NCBI GenBank assembly: GCA_947371955.1
Contig: CANBRQ010000001.1
Location: 8,313-72,312 of the forward strand
DNA from: Paracoccaceae bacterium
GTDB taxonomy: Bacteria; Pseudomonadota; Alphaproteobacteria; Rhodobacterales; Rhodobacteraceae
DNA length: 64,000 nucleotides
Direction: 5' to 3'
Every line of letters begins with the position of its first letter. Position 1 is the first letter of the stretch. Below the pieces are notes generated by a model that made no database searches, had not been told where the DNA came from, and was given only the letters and a program-made list of their open reading frames with translations. A program made the translations under genes and the position numbers. Positions 57,601 to 64,000 of the stretch are shown one piece after another.

Positions 57601-58143
57601 AGGGCGGCCGAGCCTGCCGTGCAGATTGAAACTAACCCTGCTGTGCCGCGGGCCGGGCATTTTGCCCCCTCCGCTGCGCCGGTTCAGGCGCACATGGTCG
57701 CGGCGCCGTCCCATCCCGCAGCCCCTGCCGAGCATGCGCACCACAGCCTGCCCAAAGGCTTTTCCAGCAATCTTGCGCATTCTGTCCTCGACAGTGGCCA
57801 CAGCCGCGCCGAACTGATTCTGGAACCGGCGGAACTTGGCCGCCTGCGCTTTGATCTGGTGACCACGGGCGATCAGGTGCAGGTCAACCTCTCGGCCGAG
57901 CGTCCCGAAACCCTTGACCTTCTGCGCCGTCATGCGGACGAGCTGCGTCAAGAGTTTCGGGCCTCGGGTCTCGATACCGGCACGCTCAGCTTCGGCCAGT
58001 GGGGCAAAGGTGCGGGCGACCGCGCCGTGCCGGACCAGCCCGGGGCAGAGATCGCGCCCGATGACCCGCTTCCCCTTGCCACCCTCACGCTTTCAACCTC
58101 CCGCCGTCCCGTCTCCGGGTCCGGGTTGGATCTGCGGCTTTGA
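54622..58143 (+). CDS. fliK: Hook-length control protein FliK, very long (about 1173 aa)
   Basis: Start probably ATG 54622. Pro/Ala/Thr/Gln-rich disordered body; C-terminal ELILEPAELGRLRF...AERPETLDLLRRH domain; directly upstream of flgD. Confidence 0.88.
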   Translation: MISTAQIAQTPRPAAAPLMAQNTASDLLASDAFSDVLALVAADPAAPRPLGSPDRQPQARPLPDLTSPDQTLPVPQPLPHHRHPAHLKPSEPQMAFSLTDAILDLPVKIAAPAVLPGPDLRPAHPLQLKGDPLSHNPDSTMAAEKILPLLQALQLPFLPTIPPIKASTVADALSDAQPISAGTAEERITQGPQASRDPGQSLMAAPSGPTVSAPTANPGGETVESTNALTPLLPTSDLITRSIAGTDPPAIPPQPIATQASDRTSPQPQTNSAFGGMMLTKPVQHPVAATFTAPERQTATPNSPAAPSAEAAQPPSLGPAPTALHPATPAPEVPAAKHASAAQFASQVNGLAPHAPRASQPRTQATKPEPAARLNAVVQATATQGQSLPLVQTTQAQPAAVQGLAQAVTKASGSVEVTLQRPLLHPALVAAKSPLQPVPALLPASHGASKLPVQPLNIPSARAPQSMPAPKTGEGVPPPEGVEVTRGSLAYQILIPSQAFSRFQTMLDRTLGEGPSPKPALIPTAETVLTRPNATQITVSDDPEPAPVVTTAQTMLTLRAQPDRMVAPPLGVVPAQPDQTTIPTLPASNRHTAGPIVPSRTQRHASLTDTAPTMAAIKPLANLEASPENAASASASAEARDLPTRTEIHPAQSSGPIGAALHEPPKPATSLGERLPSSAVRKAESQTAWPRPVPVRSPVNVQQTPEPGTAQRQPPEPDASDPVTLTPNPSRPASAKPADAPLLTPEPARTWLATAGSLETRPGLAPQVAARLPSAIPPEVRLLQDRPAQGNSTDTKSMAAAIVLAAPARPQQAEAIPQAATQVRPETDLANRAVTAPTISGPEVVAPASRMILPIRVNAPLQTVGPAGPKPSEPAPKTSPSPIAASLTTAPLGTVPQALGQAVPAPTPIAPASDRASEPDLAEVMGLSRPTNSQPERPTRRNSMIPGQSLAKGPSQTPAPVNTLQAAAGTAAVPALGSATGKVAGHGPPIVDDRAAEPAVQIETNPAVPRAGHFAPSAAPVQAHMVAAPSHPAAPAEHAHHSLPKGFSSNLAHSVLDSGHSRAELILEPAELGRLRFDLVTTGDQVQVNLSAERPETLDLLRRHADELRQEFRASGLDTGTLSFGQWGKGAGDRAVPDQPGAEIAPDDPLPLATLTLSTSRRPVSGSGLDLRL

Positions 58144-58155
58144 AAAGGACAGACC

Positions 58156-58824
58156 ATGAGCGTTGCAGCCACCACCGCAGCCACTACGACGACACCCAAG
58201 ACCACCACCACGGCCAAGCAGAACAACGACAAGAATTATGACACCTTCCTGAAGATGATGACGGCCCAGATCAAGAATCAAGACCCGCTAAATCCTATGA
58301 GCGCGGATCAGTTGGCCGTGCAGCTTGCCACCTTCTCGGGGGTCGAACAGCAGACCAAGACCAACGACCTGCTGACGCAACTCTTGGGCCAGAACGCGCT
58401 GGGCTCGATGGGGCAGATGGTCGGCTGGGTCGGGAAAGAGGCGCGTCTGGCGGCCCCGGCCTATTTTGACGGCGCAACGCCGGTGACGATCTCGCCCAAC
58501 CCGACATCAGATGCCGACAAGGCGGTGCTGGTGGTCAAGGACCAGTCCGGGCATGAGGTCTCGCGCACCCAGTTGCCGCTGGGCAGCGCCGATTACCAAT
58601 GGCAGGGGCTGGACAATTCAGGCAATCGCTTGCCCAAGGGCGTCTATTCCCTCTCATTGGAAAGTTATCAGAAGGACAAGTTGCTGGAATCCTCGGATGT
58701 CGAATACTACGGCAAGATCTCCGAGATTCGCAGCAGTGCCAATGGCGTATCCGCCATGCTTCCCGGCGGGGTCGAGGCGCTGACCTCGCTGATCACCGCG
58801 ATCCGCGAGCCTGCGTCAAGTTAA
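58156..58824 (+). CDS. flgD: Hook capping protein FlgD
   Basis: FLKMMTAQIKNQDPLNPM, QLATFSGVEQ. Confidence 0.95.
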   Translation: MSVAATTAATTTTPKTTTTAKQNNDKNYDTFLKMMTAQIKNQDPLNPMSADQLAVQLATFSGVEQQTKTNDLLTQLLGQNALGSMGQMVGWVGKEARLAAPAYFDGATPVTISPNPTSDADKAVLVVKDQSGHEVSRTQLPLGSADYQWQGLDNSGNRLPKGVYSLSLESYQKDKLLESSDVEYYGKISEIRSSANGVSAMLPGGVEALTSLITAIREPASS

Positions 58825-58911
58825 CCTCGCCCAAATGCGGGTGCTGCGCAAAACAAGGCTGGCATAGGTTTGGTTCCTGCCCCACATTGTGCGCCGGGGG
58901 GAGTGTGCAAG

Positions 58912-59892
58912 ATGATAGAATACGCCAGCAACCGGGTTCCCTTGCGCCGCCTGACCGAAACGGGCGGTGTTCTGGCCGTGATCACGCAGATCATCGGCAC
59001 ATCCTATCGCAACCTTGGCACCATGATGGCCTTCGGGCCGCAGGGCCAGCGGACCGGCTCCTTGTCCTCGGGCTGCATCGAGGATGACATTGCCGAACAT
59101 GCCGCCGCCGCCCTGCAAACCGGCCAGCCGCGCAGCCTGCGCTATGGCCAGGGCTCGCCCTTCTTCGATCTGAAACTGCCCTGCGGCGGCGGGCTGTCGA
59201 TCCTGCTGATCCCCAACCCCGATCCCGCCATCCTGCGCGCCGTTCTCGCACGCGGCGATGCAAGGCAAGAGGCGGCTCTGGCCATCAACCCCACGACCGG
59301 CGCGCTGACTCTGCTTCCCCAAGGCCAGCGCGACGCCCCACCTGGCCATATCGTCGTGGTGCTGGAATCCGAACTGCGCTTCTGGGTCTATGGCCACGGG
59401 ATCGAGGCCATGTCCTTCGCCCTGATGGCACAGGCCGCCGGCTACGACGTGACCCTGTTCGGTCAAGACGGCCTGCAGGCCGACCTTTCCCGCATCGGCC
59501 CCCTGAACATCACCGTCGTGCCCTCGTTCCGCAGCTATGTTTGCCCTGTGCCCGATCACCGTACCGCCATCGCCCTGTTCTTCCACGACCATGAGAACGA
59601 GGCCCGGCTTCTGGCGCAATTCCTGCCGTCCGAGGCCTTCTTCATCGGCGCACAAGGCAGCCTGCGCGCCCGTCAGCGCCTGCTGGAGGATCTGCGCGCG
59701 CAGGGCGTCTCCGACCGTCATATCGCCAACCTGCGCCCGGATTTCGGCCTGATCGGCTCGTGCCGGGACCCTCGGACGCTGGCGGTTTCGGTTCTGGCCC
59801 ATGTCTTGTCTGTTGCAGGGCCTTCGGGCATTGCTTATGCGATGGCGGATGGTCCTGTCGCGCAGCCTGCGTCGCTGGTTGCTGCGTCATGA
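58912..59892 (+). CDS. xdhC: XdhC/CoxI-family Mo-cofactor insertion chaperone
   Basis: Start probably ATG 58912; GSLSSGCIEDD, LPCGGGL, FFHDHE, FFIGAQGS. Confidence 0.85.
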   Translation: MIEYASNRVPLRRLTETGGVLAVITQIIGTSYRNLGTMMAFGPQGQRTGSLSSGCIEDDIAEHAAAALQTGQPRSLRYGQGSPFFDLKLPCGGGLSILLIPNPDPAILRAVLARGDARQEAALAINPTTGALTLLPQGQRDAPPGHIVVVLESELRFWVYGHGIEAMSFALMAQAAGYDVTLFGQDGLQADLSRIGPLNITVVPSFRSYVCPVPDHRTAIALFFHDHENEARLLAQFLPSEAFFIGAQGSLRARQRLLEDLRAQGVSDRHIANLRPDFGLIGSCRDPRTLAVSVLAHVLSVAGPSGIAYAMADGPVAQPASLVAAS

Positions 59893-59922
59893 CCCTGCCG
59901 TGATTTCGGAGGCCTGTGCTGA

Positions 59923-61824
59923 ATGACGACGACCGCGTTTTCCCAGACTGTCGAGGCGCTTGCCGGGGCCTTGGGCCTTTGGGCCCGTCAAACCCGCCCG
60001 ATTGCGAAGGGCGAGATGGTCCGCATTCAGGGTATAGACCTGTCAAACCGGATCATGGGGCTGGACGATCTGTTCTTCGTTGACGAACCCGACCATTTCC
60101 GCCCCCGCCATGGTCAAACTTTGCGCCTGCTCAATCAGGAAATCCTCAACACCGGCACTTTGCGCAATTCCTTCTTCCCTCAGGTCCTGTCCTCGCATGG
60201 TCAGGACATGAATCTTTGGCTTAAGCTCCGGTTTCGCGGACGATTCCAGATCATCGTCTATCAAAGCCGCCTTGGCCATGCCGACATGCCGCTGGCCGAA
60301 CGGGTCGTCTCCTCCGACGAACCCGCAACGGAGTTGATCGAGCTTGGCCCGATCGAAGCTCTGCCGCGCGGCGCGCGTCTGTTCTGGGTGGCGCGTGCGC
60401 TCAGCGATGGCTGCGAAGTGCTGGACGTCACCTGGGAGGTTCCGGCCCCCACTGCGACAGAGGGGCGTATGGTCGTCACCATGCGCACCTTTGGCCGCAC
60501 CCGTGATGTGCAACTGCTGCTGCAGCGCTTTCAGGAAAGTGCCCATCGCGGCGCGCATGGCCACATGTTGGCCAACACCCTGTTCCTGATCTACGATTCA
60601 TCGCCAGACGTTTCGCCCGCGACCTATGCCGATCTGGCCGATACCGGCTTGAACACCTTTGTCCTGTCCGGTCCCAACATGGGCGGCGGCGGCAACATGA
60701 GCCTTGAACTCCTTGCCCTGCAAAAGGCCGTGGAAGCTTCGGGCATCACGGTGAACGAGGTGGTTCTGGCCGACGATGACCTGCAGATCTCGCTGGAATC
60801 CTTGTCGCGGAACTGGGGCTCTACCCTGTTCCGCCGCGACAATGCCTTCCACACCCTGCCCGTCTTCATGAAGTCCGAACCCCGGCGGCTATGGGAGGAT
60901 GGCGGCTTCTGGGGGCGCTTCACCAAGGAAAGTCCAAGGGGTCAAAGAACCGGTGTTGGTCCGCGTCTTCTGCGCCATCACCGCGATTTCCGCGGCCTTG
61001 ACCATCTGGATGACATGGCCAAACTGCATCACGCGGAATATGGAACCTTCATCCTGCTGTCGATGCCCTTTGGCCGCATTGCCGAGATTGGTCTGCCCAT
61101 CGCCTTCTTCCTGCGCGGCGATGACATCGAATACTCGCTGCGCCATGCCATGCGGGGCGGCATCACCCTGTCAAACCCCAACATGGCCGCCTGGCACGAA
61201 CCGGCGCATTCCTACGCGCAGGAATACATGTCGATCGCCCATGGCATCATCATCAACATGGCCTATGGGCAGGACAAACCGGATGAGCTTGCCGCCTTCT
61301 TCCACTCCCGCGCGCTGGGGCACCTGTCGGTGTCAGATGTCGCAGGCCTGACCGTCTATGCTGAGGCGCTGGCCGATCTGGTCGCGATGGACCGTCTGAT
61401 GGAACCGGGTTTTGCCGACCATTACATCGCCATGATCACCCGCTTCAAAAGCTTCGAATCTGCCTTCACCGTCATTCCCGACGAGGTGATCGACACCATG
61501 CGCGACGCCTCGCAGCGCGAGGGCAAGCTGACCGCGCAGGCCCGTTTCCTGTATATGCCGACTCAACCCGATGAGCCGCCCATCGACGGCGTCGTGCTGT
61601 GGAACCCGCATACCGAGCGCCGTTCGATCTACAACCCCAACGATGCCGAACGGATTGCCGCGCTCAGCATCGTGGCCGCGCGGTTCTTTGTCTCGCTCAG
61701 CGCATTCACGCAGGGCTATGACGATCTGCGCGCCCACTATGCCAAACGGATGGCCGTCACCTCGACGCCAGCCTTCTGGTCCGAAGTGGCGCAGTCTCGC
61801 CCTTTCGCCGTGCTTCATGGTTGA
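59923..61824 (+). CDS. GT2 glycosyltransferase, galactofuranosyltransferase GlfT2-like architecture
   Basis: N-terminal beta domain, TFGR, NMGGGG, LADDD, GLPIAFFLRGDDIEYSLR, WHEP; GGAGG RBS upstream. Confidence 0.75.
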   Translation: MTTTAFSQTVEALAGALGLWARQTRPIAKGEMVRIQGIDLSNRIMGLDDLFFVDEPDHFRPRHGQTLRLLNQEILNTGTLRNSFFPQVLSSHGQDMNLWLKLRFRGRFQIIVYQSRLGHADMPLAERVVSSDEPATELIELGPIEALPRGARLFWVARALSDGCEVLDVTWEVPAPTATEGRMVVTMRTFGRTRDVQLLLQRFQESAHRGAHGHMLANTLFLIYDSSPDVSPATYADLADTGLNTFVLSGPNMGGGGNMSLELLALQKAVEASGITVNEVVLADDDLQISLESLSRNWGSTLFRRDNAFHTLPVFMKSEPRRLWEDGGFWGRFTKESPRGQRTGVGPRLLRHHRDFRGLDHLDDMAKLHHAEYGTFILLSMPFGRIAEIGLPIAFFLRGDDIEYSLRHAMRGGITLSNPNMAAWHEPAHSYAQEYMSIAHGIIINMAYGQDKPDELAAFFHSRALGHLSVSDVAGLTVYAEALADLVAMDRLMEPGFADHYIAMITRFKSFESAFTVIPDEVIDTMRDASQREGKLTAQARFLYMPTQPDEPPIDGVVLWNPHTERRSIYNPNDAERIAALSIVAARFFVSLSAFTQGYDDLRAHYAKRMAVTSTPAFWSEVAQSRPFAVLHG

Positions 61825-62347
61825 ACGCGACATGTCTGATACCCTGATCGACAGCCACCGCATGATCCGCTTCGATGATCTGGAGCGCGTGACCGCTGCC
61901 TTCAGTTGCGATGGCAAGTGGATCGCGAACGGCGCCCGCGTCTCGTTTTCCCCGCAAGAGCATGTCGGCCACCTGTACCTTGACGGCAATGTCCATGCTT
62001 CGACCGTGCATCTTGTCCCTTCGCGGCAGGCGCCCTTCACCGGCACCAACTGGCAGATCCGGTTGAACGAGGGCGGCACGTGGTCGCTGCTGAATCAGGG
62101 GCAAGAGGCGCGGATGCTGGCAGGGTCCGGCCATTTCGTCAGCCTCGGAAAGGCCACGCTGATCGACAGTTTCGATACGACCCGCTGGCTTTTGTACCGC
62201 GACCTCGGCGGCTTCCGGCTGCGGCCCTGCATGCGTGACAGCGGCTGGCTGGCGCTGCGGGATGGGCAGGCCGTGCTGACGGGCCGGGATGAACCCGTTA
62301 CCCGCACGCATTACTGGACGATCACCCCGTTCGAGCCGGTCGTCTGA
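61817..62347 (+). CDS. Hypothetical protein, possibly a beta-trefoil (ricin-B/fascin-like) fold
   Basis: Start at ATG 61817 or 61832, overlapping the GT2 stop; periodic W-x-hydrophobic strands (NWQIR, RWLLY, YWTIT). Confidence 0.5.
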   Translation: MVERDMSDTLIDSHRMIRFDDLERVTAAFSCDGKWIANGARVSFSPQEHVGHLYLDGNVHASTVHLVPSRQAPFTGTNWQIRLNEGGTWSLLNQGQEARMLAGSGHFVSLGKATLIDSFDTTRWLLYRDLGGFRLRPCMRDSGWLALRDGQAVLTGRDEPVTRTHYWTITPFEPVV

Positions 62348-63322
62348 TCAGTATCTGAACTCCTTGCCCGGCTGGGGGCTGGCCCTGACGTCATCCCCCG
62401 GCCTCAGCCCGGTGTCCCCGCTGATCCGCGCAATCAGCGCCCCCAGTCCCGCCACATCCAAATGGACGATGGCATCCGCCCCCAGATGCTCGACATGTTT
62501 CACCCGGCCCTGCCAACGCCCTTCGGCGCCCAAAAGCACATGCTCGGGCCGGATGCCATAGGTGCGGCAGCGCATCTCCTCGGCCAGCTTGCCCTCGAAC
62601 AGGTTCATCTTCGGGCCGCCGATAAACCCCGCGACAAACGGAGTCGCCGGAGCGTTGTACAACTCCATCGGCGAACCGACCTGTTCAATCGTTCCACCAT
62701 TCAGCACCACGATCTTGTCGGCCATCGTCATGGCCTCAACCTGATCATGCGTCACATAGATCATCGTGGTCGCCAGCTTGGCATGCAGTTCCGTGATCTC
62801 GATCCGCATCTGGCTGCGCAAACTGGCATCAAGATTCGACAAAGGCTCATCAAACAAAAACACCTTTGGGTTCCGCACAATCGCCCGCCCGATCGCCACC
62901 CGCTGCCTTTGCCCGCCGGACAATTCCTTCGGCTTGCGGTCCAGTAACTTCTCCAACTGCAAGGTTGCAGCCGTCGCCTCGACAATCCGCGCAATCTCGT
63001 CCTTCGGCATCTTCGCAAGGCTCAACCCAAAGCCGATATTCTGCCGCACCGTCAAATGCGGGTACAAGGCATAGCTTTGAAACACCATCGCGATGCCGCG
63101 CTCGGACGGTTCCGCCTTGCTGACCTCTTTGCCATCAATATGCAAAGTCCCGCCCGTCGCCACCTCCAGCCCCGCAATGATCCGCAGCAAGGTAGACTTG
63201 CCACAGCCCGAAGGCCCCACGAACACGCAGAACTCGCCGTCCTTGATCGTCAGATCAATCCCCTTGATCACATCCACCGCACCAAAGCTTTTGCGGATGC
63301 CCGTCAAGACCACCTCAGCCAT
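62348..63322 (-). CDS. CUT1 sugar ABC transporter ATP-binding protein
   Basis: [30 protein letters not shown]. Confidence 0.95.
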   Translation of the reverse strand: MAEVVLTGIRKSFGAVDVIKGIDLTIKDGEFCVFVGPSGCGKSTLLRIIAGLEVATGGTLHIDGKEVSKAEPSERGIAMVFQSYALYPHLTVRQNIGFGLSLAKMPKDEIARIVEATAATLQLEKLLDRKPKELSGGQRQRVAIGRAIVRNPKVFLFDEPLSNLDASLRSQMRIEITELHAKLATTMIYVTHDQVEAMTMADKIVVLNGGTIEQVGSPMELYNAPATPFVAGFIGGPKMNLFEGKLAEEMRCRTYGIRPEHVLLGAEGRWQGRVKHVEHLGADAIVHLDVAGLGALIARISGDTGLRPGDDVRASPQPGKEFRY

Positions 63323-63325
63323 GAT

Positions 63326-64000
63326 CTACCCTTTCACAGCGCCAGCGGTCATGCCGGCCACGATTTGTCGGTTGAAGAAGATGAAGACGATCAGCGGCGG
63401 GATCGTCACCAGCAGGATGTTCATGAACAGAAGGTTGAACTGGGTGGAGAACTGGCTTTGGAAGTTGAACAGCGTCAGTTGCACCGTGACATTCTCTTTC
63501 CCGGGCAGGTAGTACAGCGGGTTGGTGAAGTCGTTGAAGATCGCAATCGACTGCACCACGATCAGCGTCACCGTGACAGGCTTTAACAAGGGCAGGATCA
63601 CCCGCAGAAAAATCTGCAACGGCTTGGCCCCATCAATCCGCGCCGCCTCGTCCAGATCGCGCGGAATGGTGGCAATGAAGCTGCGGTACAGCAGGACCGA
63701 AAACGCCAGCCCATAGGCCACCTGGATCAGAACCATCCCCCAGATCGTCTTGAACAGCCCCAAGCCCTGCATCACCCAGATCGTCGGCACCACCGCCGGA
63801 GGAATGATCAACCCCGCCAGCACGCAGCCGAAAATCACCTGGTTCCAGCGCGATTGCCGCCGCTGCAACACATAGCCTACCATCGCACCGAACAGGATCA
63901 GCATGGCAACCGCGCCGACCGTGATGATGCTGGAGTTGAAATAGGCTAGCAAAAGCATGTAGTTGCGCGTCGTCACCACATCGACCAGATTCTGCCAGAA
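63326..64000 (-). CDS. Sugar ABC transporter permease, 5' part outside the window
   Basis: Frame open to base 64000; DLDEAARIDGA EAA motif and TM helices. Confidence 0.9.
   Translation of the reverse strand, partial: FWQNLVDVVTTRNYMLLLAYFNSSIITVGAVAMLILFGAMVGYVLQRRQSRWNQVIFGCVLAGLIIPPAVVPTIWVMQGLGLFKTIWGMVLIQVAYGLAFSVLLYRSFIATIPRDLDEAARIDGAKPLQIFLRVILPLLKPVTVTLIVVQSIAIFNDFTNPLYYLPGKENVTVQLTLFNFQSQFSTQFNLLFMNILLVTIPPLIVFIFFNRQIVAGMTAGAVKG

Noticed and set aside
26218-58824. Absence of fliG, fliM, fliD, fliS, flgM, fliA and che genes from the flagellar cluster
   Set aside because: As far as I know this is the normal layout for this Rhodobacteraceae flagellar type: fliG and fliM lie elsewhere, and many alphaproteobacteria lack the others. 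It is not evidence of decay.

Overview
High-GC alphaproteobacterial DNA, most consistent with Rhodobacteraceae by gene content and order. I see five blocks. (1) 1-12.5 kb: an N-acetylglucosamine/chito-oligosaccharide cluster (CUT1 ABC transporter, Gfo/Idh/MocA enzyme, SIS deaminase, ROK kinase, nagA, MaoC, divergent GntR regulator with repeated TAATACCAAT boxes, GH20 hexosaminidase), preceded by a truncated sulfotransferase-like gene. (2) 12.5-25 kb: a nicotinate-type catabolic operon (xanthine-dehydrogenase-family Mo-hydroxylase, 6-hydroxynicotinate reductase, UPF0280, amino-acid-synthesis-family protein, hydantoinase/oxoprolinase A/B pair, but no enamidase in the window), a divergent NicR-like MarR regulator and a lone StcD-like flavoenzyme. 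(3) 25-59 kb: the large Rhodobacteraceae flagellar cluster (motB to flgD) with CtrA-like TTAA-N7-TTAA boxes at most promoters, an extra upstream gene with ribosomal L7/L12-CTD-like repeats and a very long FliK (about 1170 aa). (4) 59-62.3 kb: XdhC, a GlfT2-like GT2 glycosyltransferase and a small beta-trefoil-like protein. (5) 62.3-64 kb: the end of a second sugar ABC transporter. Spot counts suggest GC skew inverts across the window (G-rich + strand on the left, C-rich on the right). I found no rRNA, tRNA, CRISPR array or mobile element. All family assignments come from motif recognition by eye; no database searches were run. Several starts were moved from the ORF track to better-supported codons.
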